Shown in pieces: positions 35,368 to 43,913 of a DNA stretch of 64,000 nucleotides. Made by a program: the position numbers and the translations under genes. The notes under the pieces are model-generated. The model saw only the letters and a program-made list of their open reading frames with translations. It searched no databases and had not been told where the DNA came from. How positions within the stretch are numbered: position 1 is the stretch's first letter; every line of letters starts with the position of its first letter. The stretch comes from an uncultured Candidatus Saccharibacteria bacterium (GTDB taxonomy: Bacteria; Patescibacteriota; Saccharimonadia; Saccharimonadales; Saccharimonadaceae). The stretch lies in contig CAYSAD010000001.1 in assembly GCA_964428955.1 (NCBI GenBank), positions 19,561-83,560 of the forward strand. The letters are read 5' to 3'.

Positions 35368-35373
35368 AGTATA
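35368..35373 (-). promoter_or_regulatory. -10 TATACT 6 nt upstream of ATG 35361 (leaderless-type)
   Basis: Plus-strand AGTATA at 35368-35373. Confidence 0.4.
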
Positions 35374-35387
35374 TCAAGTTCCGCTTC

Positions 35388-36299
35388 TTATGCGCCGACT
35401 TTGTCTTTTCTGTTCTTGCGTTTGGCGTTGATTTCAACGTATTCGATGATTTTACTGGCCACATCGCGACCAGTGACTTTTTCGACGCCGAAACCAGGAC
35501 TGGCATTCACTTCCAAGATAAGTGGACCACGAGCCGATCGCATCAAATCAACACCGGCTACGTTCAGACCCATCGCCTTGGCCGCTTTGATGGCCATTTT
35601 GCGTTCTTCTTCGGTCAACTTCACTGTCGTTCCCTCACCACCTTTATGCAAATTAGAACGGAAGTCGTCGTCCAGACTTTGACGCTTCATACTGGCAACT
35701 ACCCGACCACCGACGATGAAAGCACGGATATCAGTTCCGGCTGACTCCTCTATGTACTCTTGCAGCAAAATGTTCGTGCCGTCCTCGTTTGAAAGATAGA
35801 ATGCTTGCAAGACTGATTTTGCCGCCTTTTTGCTTTCAGCCAGCACCACACCGTTACCGTGAGTTCCACGTGCCAGCTTTATAATCACTGGCGTACCGCC
35901 AAGTTTTTCAAGTAGGTCGTCGATGTCGGTTGAGTTACGCGATACGACGGTTTTGGGTATACCCACACCGGCCTTGGCGAGTAATTGCAATGTACGTAGC
36001 TTATCGCGAGAACGTGAAATCGCAATTGAGCTTGATACCGTATAAATCCCCTGCATCTCAAGTTGGCGTACGATGGCCGTGCCGTAGCGAGTCATATTCG
36101 AGGCAATTCGCGGAATGATGGCATCGAACGAGCCGAGGTCCTCACCTCTATAACTGACGGTCGGGTTGCTTCGCTCAATCGAGGCGTAGCAGTCGCGGTA
36201 TTTGATTATCCTAACATCGTGGCCGCGTTTCAGCGCCTCTTCTTTAAGTCGTTTAGTAGAATAATTGCCGTTACCGTTTGAAAGAATCGCGATTTTCAT
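35388..36299 (-). CDS. rimK: RimK-family ATP-grasp alpha-L-glutamate ligase
   Basis: 303 aa. MKIAILS...KRLKEEALKRGH, VIIKLARGTHGNGV and a C-terminal LEVNASPG ATP-grasp signature. Confidence 0.9.
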   Translation of the reverse strand: MKIAILSNGNGNYSTKRLKEEALKRGHDVRIIKYRDCYASIERSNPTVSYRGEDLGSFDAIIPRIASNMTRYGTAIVRQLEMQGIYTVSSSIAISRSRDKLRTLQLLAKAGVGIPKTVVSRNSTDIDDLLEKLGGTPVIIKLARGTHGNGVVLAESKKAAKSVLQAFYLSNEDGTNILLQEYIEESAGTDIRAFIVGGRVVASMKRQSLDDDFRSNLHKGGEGTTVKLTEEERKMAIKAAKAMGLNVAGVDLMRSARGPLILEVNASPGFGVEKVTGRDVASKIIEYVEINAKRKNRKDKVGA

Positions 36300-36322
36300 A
36301 ATATTGTTCCTCTTTCCTTATT

Positions 36323-36841
36323 CTACTTGGTATTACCGTAATATTTTGCATGAAAAGCGTGTTTATCGTTCTCAAATTCAGCTTTCAACTCATCGTCGAG
36401 TTCTTTCGGTTCAATCGACACTTCCGAATGCGACACGTCGACGAAAAACTTGCCCTGCAGCGTCCGTTTACCAATTAACACTGGGAAGTGATTATTGGAA
36501 CGATCAGCCAGCGTAAACATCGCCTTGACCCTTTTCCCACCGATTTTGATCGAAAAGTGAGTCCGGTAGCGAATCTGCTCGTGACCGGTCGAACTTCTGA
36601 CTTTGACGACCGAAAAATCGGTTCGTTTAATAACTTCGCCGGTAAATAGTGATGACGATGGACCAAGCAGTTGGAACTGTAAATGACCGAGCGTGTCGAT
36701 GGAAATATCCGTCGCCCACATGGAAGACGTATCGGCACCAGTGTCGATTTTCGCTGGCACTTTATTGACATGTCCGATGACATCAATATGCGTGGTACGT
36801 CCGATGATAGAGTGTCGATCTACATTCATAACAGCTTCCAT
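36323..36841 (-). CDS. RimK-associated retropepsin-like protein (the so-called ATP-dependent zinc protease domain)
   Basis: 172 aa. VPAKIDTGADTSS (DTG-type motif), located directly upstream of rimK. This pairing is a known conserved one. Confidence 0.72.
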   Translation of the reverse strand: MEAVMNVDRHSIIGRTTHIDVIGHVNKVPAKIDTGADTSSMWATDISIDTLGHLQFQLLGPSSSLFTGEVIKRTDFSVVKVRSSTGHEQIRYRTHFSIKIGGKRVKAMFTLADRSNNHFPVLIGKRTLQGKFFVDVSHSEVSIEPKELDDELKAEFENDKHAFHAKYYGNTK

Positions 36842-36918
36842 TTACTATACTTCGTTTATATCCTGAGGCAAAATTGCCACGTTTGCATATATTACAATAT
36901 ATGGTAATAAAAGTCAAT

Positions 36919-38019
36919 CTAAAATAGGCCGCGTTTCTTGGCGCCGTCGAACTGCTCAAGCAGCTCTTTTTGCTTCTTGGTCAGTTTAGTCGGTATATCG
37001 ACGACAAGAGATACGATATGAGCACCACGCTTGTCGCTCCTGAGATGCGGCACGCCGTGGCCGGAAAGTTTGAAATCAGTCCCGCTCTGCGTCCCGGCCG
37101 GTACTTTCATACGTACTTGGCCGTCGACCGTATCGACATTGATCTCGCTACCAAGTGTGGCATCGACCATGCTGATATGCTCTTCCGATAAGATCAAGTC
37201 ACTTTCGCGAGTGAATTTTTTGTGAGCCTTGACGCGGATGTGGACATACAGATCACCGCGCCCACCGCCGCCTTCGGCTGCCTCACCGCGGTCTTTCAGG
37301 CGAATCGTCGCCCCGTCATCGATACCGGCTGGAACCTTCAGTGTAATATCCTGCTTTCGACGCTGGGTGCCTTTGCCACGACAAACCGTACAGACTTTTT
37401 CAGGGATTTTACCCTTCCCATGGCAGGTTTCACATGTCACAGCTTGTTGGATCGCACCGAACATCGTATTCATGACACGGGTCTGCTGACCAGCGCCTTT
37501 ACAGGTCGGACAGGTTTTCATACTATAACCAGGCTCGACGGTCGTGCCTTTACAATGTTCACACTCATCGTTCATATCGAGTGATATTTTCTCCTCGACG
37601 CCAAAAACTGCCTCCTCGAACGTTAGCTGTAAGCTGGCTTCTACGTCGCGACCACGCTGCGGACCGCGTGATTGCTGTTGGCCACCACCGAAGAATTGGC
37701 CAAAAATATCGCCCAGTCCCCCATCGCCGAAATCAAAGTGAACGTTTTGCCCGCCAAAACCTTCAAATGGGTTACCGCCCGCATAATTTCCGCCGCCATT
37801 GCCGCCAACGCCAGCGTGGCCAAATTGATCATAGCGCTGGCGTTTCTGCTGGTCCTTTAGAACTTCATACGCCTCATTAATTTCTTTGAATTTAGTCTCA
37901 TCGCCGCCTTCTTTATCAGGGTGATGTTTAACCGCAGCTTTGCGGAAAGCCTTTTTAATTTCATCGGCGCTGGCCTCTTTTGCCACACCTAAAACTTCAT
38001 AATAATCTCGTTTTGCCAT
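36919..38019 (-). CDS. dnaJ: Chaperone DnaJ
   Basis: 366 aa. J-domain with HPD, G/F-rich linker and four CxxCxGxG zinc-finger repeats. Confidence 0.97.
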   Translation of the reverse strand: MAKRDYYEVLGVAKEASADEIKKAFRKAAVKHHPDKEGGDETKFKEINEAYEVLKDQQKRQRYDQFGHAGVGGNGGGNYAGGNPFEGFGGQNVHFDFGDGGLGDIFGQFFGGGQQQSRGPQRGRDVEASLQLTFEEAVFGVEEKISLDMNDECEHCKGTTVEPGYSMKTCPTCKGAGQQTRVMNTMFGAIQQAVTCETCHGKGKIPEKVCTVCRGKGTQRRKQDITLKVPAGIDDGATIRLKDRGEAAEGGGGRGDLYVHIRVKAHKKFTRESDLILSEEHISMVDATLGSEINVDTVDGQVRMKVPAGTQSGTDFKLSGHGVPHLRSDKRGAHIVSLVVDIPTKLTKKQKELLEQFDGAKKRGLF

Positions 38020-38027
38020 CTGTTATT

Positions 38028-38056
38028 AGTATAAAAAATTAGCACTCAAATGTAAA
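38028..38056 (-). promoter_or_regulatory. Promoter TTTACA-17-TATACT for dnaJ, with the -35 inside the CIRCE spacer and the ATG 8 nt after the -10
   Basis: Minus strand: TTTACA (38056-38051), 17 nt, TATACT (38033-38028), AATAACAG, ATG 38019. Confidence 0.55.
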
Positions 38057-38065
38057 GAGTGCTAA
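38039..38065. promoter_or_regulatory. CIRCE operator (HrcA binding site), perfect
   Basis: TTAGCACTC-N9-GAGTGCTAA, matching the consensus exactly. Confidence 0.92.
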
Positions 38066-38082
38066 TTTCTGTCCTGGCTTGA

Positions 38083-38451
38083 CTACGGTTGGTGGCGACT
38101 GCCGAGCGTGACAAGTTTTGCCAGTCCCATCGCGATCAGCAAGTAGACGATAATCGCCACGACCGAGCTGATTTCAAAGGTTGATTGGCCATAGCTCGGC
38201 TCGTAGTTGAAGATTCCGTAAAACGGTGCAGCGAAGAAACCCGCCAGGCCATAAATGAAATCGACAAAACCGTTACCTTGATTAGCGGCGAGCAGTAACA
38301 ATAACACTCTGAGTGCCAGTAGTACTGCAATCACACCAAAGACGTAATAAATCACCCGGACCGCGACTATAACAGCTGGTACGTCATCAGTGGCCACGAC
38401 CCGTTCGTCGTCGTCAGTCGCGATCGTTTCTTTGACGATCCTGCGTGCCAT
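38083..38451 (-). CDS. Membrane protein, possibly YggT-like
   Basis: 122 aa from ATG 38451, 2 nt after the upstream stop. FFAAPFYGIFNYEPSYGQSTFEISSVVAIIVYLL resembles the YggT repeat. Weak call. Confidence 0.45.
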   Translation of the reverse strand: MARRIVKETIATDDDERVVATDDVPAVIVAVRVIYYVFGVIAVLLALRVLLLLLAANQGNGFVDFIYGLAGFFAAPFYGIFNYEPSYGQSTFEISSVVAIIVYLLIAMGLAKLVTLGSRHQP

Positions 38452-38453
38452 AG

Positions 38454-38717
38454 TTAGGCTACTTTCTTGTTGCCGGTGATAGCTTTCCAGATGAACAGTG
38501 CGATTACCGCACCGACTACTGCTACCAAGAAGCTCCACAGATTGAAGCCGGTGATACCTTCGCCACCGATTAGATTGACGATGAAGCCACCGACTAGTCC
38601 GCCGATGATACCGACGACTATATTACCGAGCAAGCCTTGTTCTTTGTTCGTGCCGGCGATCATAGATGCTACCCATCCCGCCAGTCCTCCGAGTACGATC
38701 CATCCGATAATTCCCAT
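38454..38717 (-). CDS. GlsB/YeaQ/YmgE family stress-response membrane protein
   Basis: 87 aa. MGIIGWIVLGGLAGWVASMI...GNIVVGIIGGLVGGF is the typical transglycosylase-associated signature. AAGGAGGG SD. Confidence 0.85.
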   Translation of the reverse strand: MGIIGWIVLGGLAGWVASMIAGTNKEQGLLGNIVVGIIGGLVGGFIVNLIGGEGITGFNLWSFLVAVVGAVIALFIWKAITGNKKVA

Positions 38718-38806
38718 TGTTATTACCCTCCTTTGGATTAACTGATAATCTTATTATACTCCTGCTTACATACAATGGAAAATCGTCTGCTAGTGCACCA
38801 CTGTAG

Positions 38807-38812
38807 TATACT
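38807..38812 (+). promoter_or_regulatory. -10 TATACT 8 nt upstream of ATG 38821 (leaderless-type)
   Basis: TATACT at 38807-38812. Spacer TTAGCGTA. Confidence 0.4.
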
Positions 38813-38820
38813 TTAGCGTA

Positions 38821-39930
38821 ATGAAACCTTTCGTTCGCATCGTCGGTCGCATCGCGGGAACCTTGAGAGCCGAGTACCGTCAGCTGGCTAATCGCTATTT
38901 TGGCAAGATCGAACGGTTCGAGGGTAACGCCCGCGAAATTTGCCAGCAAATCGTCGAAAAACTCTGGGAAGGCGATTTCTATCGCACCAGTTTGGGCCAC
39001 TTTGATTTTTTCTGGATGCGTGATTTTGGCACAGTCGCTGAATCGCTCGTAAAAACCGGCTACAAAAAACGTGTACTCCACACCTTAAAGTGGGCGTTGT
39101 TACATTATCGCCGAGCAAATACAATCACAACCTGTATCGATAAAGCCGGCAACTGTTTCAATGCACCTGGTCATGCCGTCGATAGTCTGCCGTGGCTACT
39201 GCACTGTTTAGTGGTGAGCAACTACGACCTCAACAAGGCAGAGCGGCTATTCCTCGAAGACCAACTTAAAGCCTATTGCCGAAAATACCTGGACACTACC
39301 GGACACGTCCGCCCAATTAAATTCGCCGAGCAACGCGACGCTGTTATTTACGATCGAAGCGCCTACGCGGTCAGTCTGGTTGGCCACATGGCTTGGTGTG
39401 TGGGACAACTCGAACTGAAGGGCTTTCCCTACTCGCTTCAGAAATACCAAAAAGAATTGATCAGTCGCTACTGGAATGGCCAATATTTCAATGCCGATCG
39501 TACCACCGACGCCTTCAGTGCCGAATGTGCGCTATTTCCCTTTTTCCTCGGCGTCATAGAAGACGCGGCGCTGGCAAGCGCCACTTTCGATTACATCACC
39601 GACAACGGTTACGATCAGCCGTTTCCTATGATTTACACGAAACAACCAGAAGCATTCAAATATCATTGGTGGATGACCGCTCCATTCATGCCCAAATACG
39701 AAGGTGAGACCCTATGGAGCTGGCATGGATTATTTTATCTGCACAGTTTACGTCGCTACAACCGACCAGAATTTAAGCAGCAACGCCAGCGCTTTGCCAA
39801 AGGTATGATCGAAGAACACGGCACGTTCCCAGAAATGCTCAATAAAGATGGCAGCTGGTACTACGCGCCGATCTATCGCGGTGACCCAGGTATGGTGTGG
39901 GCGGCGCTCTACGTAGAATTGTCTGAATAA
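38821..39930 (+). CDS. Hypothetical protein, possibly an (alpha/alpha)6-barrel glycoside-hydrolase-like fold
   Basis: 369 aa, soluble, rich in W, Y and F. FWMRDFG and later W-rich motifs recall GH15/GH63/GDE-type barrels. Weak by-eye call. Confidence 0.4.
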   Translation: MKPFVRIVGRIAGTLRAEYRQLANRYFGKIERFEGNAREICQQIVEKLWEGDFYRTSLGHFDFFWMRDFGTVAESLVKTGYKKRVLHTLKWALLHYRRANTITTCIDKAGNCFNAPGHAVDSLPWLLHCLVVSNYDLNKAERLFLEDQLKAYCRKYLDTTGHVRPIKFAEQRDAVIYDRSAYAVSLVGHMAWCVGQLELKGFPYSLQKYQKELISRYWNGQYFNADRTTDAFSAECALFPFFLGVIEDAALASATFDYITDNGYDQPFPMIYTKQPEAFKYHWWMTAPFMPKYEGETLWSWHGLFYLHSLRRYNRPEFKQQRQRFAKGMIEEHGTFPEMLNKDGSWYYAPIYRGDPGMVWAALYVELSE

Positions 39931-39935
39931 TATCC

Positions 39936-39972
39936 AAAAGCCCCGCACCATTCACTTGGTGCGGGGCTCGTC
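39936..39972. terminator. Bidirectional hairpin terminator between the 38821 gene and dnaK
   Basis: AGCCCCGCACC (39939-39949) pairs with GGTGCGGGGCT (39958-39968), an 11-bp GC-rich stem. Confidence 0.7.
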
Positions 39973-39995
39973 ACGTTTTAGAGTCTTAAGCGAGA

Positions 39996-41903
39996 TTACT
40001 TCTCATCTTTTTTCTCTTCATCGACGACTTCACCTTCGACCGGTTCGTCTTCTTTGTCAGATTTAGTGTCACCGTCCTCAGAGACAGGTGCCTCCTCTTT
40101 GGCGGCGGCTTCGTACATCTTGGCGCCAATCGGCATGATGGCGTCGTTCAAAGCCTTAAGAGCTGCTTCCAGCTCATCTTTGTCTTCAGCATCTTTGTGC
40201 TTTTTAGCTTCTTCGACAGCGTCTTTGATAACTTTTACATCATCGTCAGATATCTTGTCTTTATATTCATCTGGCATTTTTTCGGCCTGGTAAATCGCGT
40301 TTTCTAAGCTGTTACGGGTGTCGACGGCTTCACGCTTTTTCTTGTCTTCATCAGCGTGGGCCTCGGCCTCTTTCTGGGCTTTTTCGATATCTTCCTTACT
40401 CATGTTGCCAGAGTCTTGAATGGTAACGGAATTTTCCTTGCCGGTTCCCTTGTCTTTGGCAGTCACATTCAAAATACCGTTGGCATCGAGGTTAAACGAC
40501 ACTTCAATTTGCGGTACACCACGCGGTGCCGGTGCAATGCCATCAAGCACGAAACGACCAAGTGATTTGTTGTCGGCAGACATTTCGCGTTCACCTTGCA
40601 GTACATGGATTTCCACTTGTGGTTGGTTATCAGCTGCCGTTGAGAACGTTTCAGATTTACTGGTTGGAATTGTCGAATTTCGTTCAATCAGTTTCGTCGT
40701 AACGCCACCCATGGTTTCGATACCAAGGCTTAGTGGCGTGACATCTAGAAGCAGTACGTCTTTGACGTCACCTTGCAGGACACCACCTTGAATCGCGGCA
40801 CCAATAGCGACCACTTCGTCGGGGTTTACTCCCTTGAGCGGCTCTTTACCGAAAATAGCTTTTACTTTCTCGACGACCGCTGGCATACGTGTCATGCCAC
40901 CGACCAATACGACTTCATCGATGTCCTTGGCACTTAGGCCGGCATCTTTAAGGGCTTTTTCGACTGGACCGGCTACGCCATCGACCAGGTCTTTGACCAG
41001 GTCTTCAAGTTTACTACGGGTCAGTTTGTATTCGAAATGCTTTGGACCATCAGCGTCGGCCGTGATAAATGGCAAATTGATCTCGTATTCGTTAGTACTT
41101 GAAAGTTCTTTCTTGGCTTTTTCAGCTTCATCTTTTAAGCGCTGCATGGCAGCTTTGTCATTTTTCAGGTCAGTACCCTGCTCTTGCTTGAAGACATCCA
41201 GGAAATGATTGACGATACGGTTGTCGAAGTCCTCACCACCGAGGTGAGTGTCGCCGTTGGTCGATTTGACTTCAAACACACCGTCGCCCAGTTCTAGGAC
41301 AGACACGTCAAAGGTACCACCACCGAGGTCAAAGACAGCGATTTTCTCGTCTTTTTTACTTTCCAAACCATAGGCCAAAGCGGCAGCCGTTGGTTCGTTG
41401 ATGATGCGCTTCACTTCGAGACCGGCGATCTTACCAGCGTCTTTGGTGGCTTGGCGCTGTGAATCATCGAAATACGCCGGTACGGTGATGACGGCTTCAG
41501 TGACTTTGTCGCCAAGGAAGGCCTCGGCATCGGCTTTGATCTTGGAAAGAATCATGGCGCTGACTTCTTCTGGCGTGTAATCTTTGTCGCCCATCGTGAC
41601 GGCGACGCCATCGCCTTTTTTGACGATTTTGAACGGCATGATGTCAATGTCTTTTTTAACTTCGGCGTCGCTAAATTTGCGGCCAATCAGTCGTTTCACG
41701 CCATAAATAGTGTTCTCAGCATTGGTAACGCGTTGACGCTGGGCAACTTGGCCGACCAGGCGCTCACCTTTTTTGTTAATAGCGACCACACTTGGTGTGG
41801 TACGGTTGCCTTCGGCATTAGCGATAACTTCCGGTTTACCGGCTACCATATAGGCAAAAGCCGAGTTAGTCGTTCCGAGGTCGATTCCTATAATTTTACT
41901 CAT
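39996..41903 (-). CDS. dnaK: Chaperone DnaK (Hsp70)
   Basis: 635 aa. [28 protein letters not shown]. Confidence 0.98.
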   Translation of the reverse strand: MSKIIGIDLGTTNSAFAYMVAGKPEVIANAEGNRTTPSVVAINKKGERLVGQVAQRQRVTNAENTIYGVKRLIGRKFSDAEVKKDIDIMPFKIVKKGDGVAVTMGDKDYTPEEVSAMILSKIKADAEAFLGDKVTEAVITVPAYFDDSQRQATKDAGKIAGLEVKRIINEPTAAALAYGLESKKDEKIAVFDLGGGTFDVSVLELGDGVFEVKSTNGDTHLGGEDFDNRIVNHFLDVFKQEQGTDLKNDKAAMQRLKDEAEKAKKELSSTNEYEINLPFITADADGPKHFEYKLTRSKLEDLVKDLVDGVAGPVEKALKDAGLSAKDIDEVVLVGGMTRMPAVVEKVKAIFGKEPLKGVNPDEVVAIGAAIQGGVLQGDVKDVLLLDVTPLSLGIETMGGVTTKLIERNSTIPTSKSETFSTAADNQPQVEIHVLQGEREMSADNKSLGRFVLDGIAPAPRGVPQIEVSFNLDANGILNVTAKDKGTGKENSVTIQDSGNMSKEDIEKAQKEAEAHADEDKKKREAVDTRNSLENAIYQAEKMPDEYKDKISDDDVKVIKDAVEEAKKHKDAEDKDELEAALKALNDAIMPIGAKMYEAAAKEEAPVSEDGDTKSDKEDEPVEGEVVDEEKKDEK

Positions 41904-42075
41904 TGTCTTGTTGTTCTTCCTTCCGTTTTTGAATTTCTTCGTTAATCTCCGCTTTTTTCATTTCCCATGTCTGACGGGCTTCGTCGAACGAGATGCCATA
42001 ATGCTCCATAATGTCACGAATAATGGCTTCGTCGCTTTCACTTGGTTTCGGTTGCAATGGTTCAGATTCGTTCAT
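41896..42075 (-). CDS. 59-aa ORF immediately upstream of and overlapping dnaK (absent from the ORF track, under 60 aa)
   Basis: ATG 42075 preceded by GGAGGAAGAAGT. Translates [59 protein letters not shown]. Its TAA at 41896-41898 overlaps the dnaK ATGAGTAAA by 8 nt. Confidence 0.55.
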   Translation of the reverse strand: MNESEPLQPKPSESDEAIIRDIMEHYGISFDEARQTWEMKKAEINEEIQKRKEEQQDNE

Positions 42076-42090
42076 ACTTCTTCCTCCATT

Positions 42091-42117
42091 TTAGCACTCC
42101 TCGCAGAGTAGTGCTAA
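42091..42117. promoter_or_regulatory. CIRCE operator (proximal, in the 5' UTR of the orf59-dnaK transcript)
   Basis: TTAGCACTC-N9-TAGTGCTAA, one mismatch. Confidence 0.82.
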
Positions 42118-42127
42118 ACCTATCTCT

Positions 42128-42156
42128 AGTATAAAAAACTGGCACTCTCATGTCAA
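42128..42156 (-). promoter_or_regulatory. Promoter TTGACA-17-TATACT for orf59-dnaK, with the -35 inside the distal CIRCE spacer
   Basis: Minus strand: TTGACA (42156-42151), 17 nt, TATACT (42133-42128). Confidence 0.6.
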
Positions 42157-42165
42157 GAGTGCTAA
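42139..42165. promoter_or_regulatory. CIRCE operator (distal)
   Basis: CTGGCACTC-N9-GAGTGCTAA, two mismatches in one arm. Confidence 0.8.
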
Positions 42166-42176
42166 TTAATTTATTT

Positions 42177-42548
42177 TTACAAAGTTTTCAACCAATCCTC
42201 ACCTTCAGGGATGGTGTGGAACGCCCTATATTTATCACTTTGGCCAGCGAGTTTTGTCATAAAGTTGACGACGGTTTGCATCGCGGCGTTAGTACCTATG
42301 ATCGCCGTTGGCACGGCGTCCTTTTTCATGATTTGAGTTGCTTCATTTCGGGCGTCAGCATCGTAGCCAATATTATCACTAAGATCAACGAGGCATTTTG
42401 GTGTTAGTCCTTTGGTCTTGATTTCCTCTGCGTACTTCATAAACGTGGTGACAGTGTCACGGACAACCCATTTATCTTGATCGCCGTGACAGATAACGTA
42501 GATAAGATCATCTTTTACGAAAACTTCATTTGCCTTTTTATTTGCCAT
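42177..42548 (-). CDS. Hypothetical protein between grpE and dnaK, possibly STAS/SpoIIAA-like
   Basis: 123-aa soluble ORF with its own TATACT 6 nt upstream of the ATG. The family call is a weak impression only. Confidence 0.55.
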   Translation of the reverse strand: MANKKANEVFVKDDLIYVICHGDQDKWVVRDTVTTFMKYAEEIKTKGLTPKCLVDLSDNIGYDADARNEATQIMKKDAVPTAIIGTNAAMQTVVNFMTKLAGQSDKYRAFHTIPEGEDWLKTL

Positions 42549-42554
42549 AAACGC

Positions 42555-42560
42555 AGTATA
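42555..42560 (-). promoter_or_regulatory. -10 TATACT 6 nt upstream of ATG 42548 (leaderless-type)
   Basis: Plus-strand AGTATA at 42555-42560. Confidence 0.4.
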
Positions 42561-42623
42561 GCACGATGTTAAGAGACGAGGTCAGCTGTTAACAACAACC
42601 TTTTCACATCACGAATAAGTACA

Positions 42624-43088
42624 TTACTGCTTGGTGACTTTAACCATGGCATGACGAATCGGCACACCATTCAAAAGGTAACCCGCCTGTAATTCTTCAG
42701 CGATGACTTCTCGTTCACCTTCAGCATCTTCATCAAGCTGAATCGCTTCGTGCAACTCGGGGTTAAAGTCGCTACCAGGTTTTGCATCAATCCGCTTCAC
42801 GTTCAAATTCTCAAGTGATTTTTCAAGATTTTTCACAAGACTAGAGATACCCTGTGCCCATTTGTTATCTCTTAGCTCATCAGGGGTGTGAGAAATTGCT
42901 CGCTCGATATTGTCGACGACAGGTAGCAATTTCATGATAGCGGCTGCCTGACCGTGTTGATAAGTAGCGGCTTTGTCGGCTTCGCTGCGTTTGCGGTAAT
43001 TCTCAAAATCAGCCCGAGTCCGTTGTAGATCAGCGGTCAGTTCGGCCAATTTTTGCTCTAGCTCTTCTTGCTTCTTACTTTTTGCCAT
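42624..43088 (-). CDS. grpE: Nucleotide exchange factor GrpE
   Basis: 154 aa. Coiled-coil N-terminus with DFENYRKR and a C-terminal beta domain (GYLLNGVPIRHAMVKV). Confidence 0.93.
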   Translation of the reverse strand: MAKSKKQEELEQKLAELTADLQRTRADFENYRKRSEADKAATYQHGQAAAIMKLLPVVDNIERAISHTPDELRDNKWAQGISSLVKNLEKSLENLNVKRIDAKPGSDFNPELHEAIQLDEDAEGEREVIAEELQAGYLLNGVPIRHAMVKVTKQ

Positions 43089-43159
43089 AACTTCCTAATC
43101 CTACTTTTTCTTTGACCTAAAGAGTATAACGTCCAATATAAACGATAATAGATCTAACA

Positions 43160-43867
43160 TTATAAAACCTCTTCTAGCATGGCGCCAGCATGGCGCACCA
43201 AGCGCATCACCTTACCGTAACTTTGACGGGTTGGCCCAAGCACGCCGATGTAACTTTTATCCGAATATGGTGAGCGGAACCGACTAATAATGAGCGTCGA
43301 ACCGCTGGTTTTACCGATCGGATTCTCGCTGCCGATAAAAACGTTGAGCGGTTCGTTCGGTGCGGCTTCGCGGAGCCATGGTTCAAGATTATCGAGTAAA
43401 CGAGCCACCGTCTGGGCATGATTGCCTTGTAAAAATTCAGGCTGCGAAAAAAGATTACCAATGCCACTCATGTAGAGTTCGTCGCCAATAGTCGCGATGC
43501 CGAGATTCTGTGTTAAATCAACCAAGCTATCGACGGCGCTTCGAATCGCCCGATCGGCTCGGTCACCATGAGTATTGACGCGTGCCGCAATCGCCCTCGC
43601 ACCGCGATCGATGGCCGGCAAGTCACTAGTTTCGGCTTCGGTCAGGTTGTTGACGTACAGACGGTAGCCTTTATCGGTCGGAATCCGACCGGCGCTGGTA
43701 TGTGGCTGCGCAATCAATTCAAGTTCTTCGAGTTTTGCCATTTCCGAACGGATCGTGGCACTGCTGACACCGAATAATTTGGCCAGCGTTACGCTCCCCA
43801 CCGGTACGGCCACTTCAGCGTATTGTTCAACGATAGCGACAAGAATTGCAATTTGACGTTCGGTCAT
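43160..43867 (-). CDS. hrcA: Heat-inducible repressor HrcA (compact, 235 aa)
   Basis: N-terminal winged helix (RQIAILVAIVEQY...PVGSVTLAKLFGVSSATIRSEMAKLEELELI...HTSAGRIPTDKGYR). About 100 aa shorter than canonical HrcA. Confidence 0.88.
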   Translation of the reverse strand: MTERQIAILVAIVEQYAEVAVPVGSVTLAKLFGVSSATIRSEMAKLEELELIAQPHTSAGRIPTDKGYRLYVNNLTEAETSDLPAIDRGARAIAARVNTHGDRADRAIRSAVDSLVDLTQNLGIATIGDELYMSGIGNLFSQPEFLQGNHAQTVARLLDNLEPWLREAAPNEPLNVFIGSENPIGKTSGSTLIISRFRSPYSDKSYIGVLGPTRQSYGKVMRLVRHAGAMLEEVL

Positions 43868-43873
43868 GCTTTT

Positions 43874-43901
43874 ATTATAACAAATTTTGGCACTCTTTCA
43901 A
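43874..43901 (-). promoter_or_regulatory. Promoter TTGAAA-16-TATAAT for hrcA, with the -35 inside the CIRCE spacer and the ATG 6 nt after the -10
   Basis: Minus strand: TTGAAA (43901-43896), 16 nt, TATAAT (43879-43874), AAAAGC, ATG 43867. Confidence 0.55.
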
Positions 43902-43913
43902 CTTGAGTGCTAA
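43887..43913. promoter_or_regulatory. CIRCE operator upstream of hrcA
   Basis: TTGGCACTC-N9-GAGTGCTAA, one mismatch. It abuts the stop codon of the upstream gene. Confidence 0.88.

Noticed and set aside
38623-39081. 152-aa minus-strand ORF
   Set aside because: It overlaps both the GlsB/YeaQ gene and the 369-aa plus-strand gene, and it would swallow the promoter and SD of the GlsB gene. The two flanking genes have proper starts.
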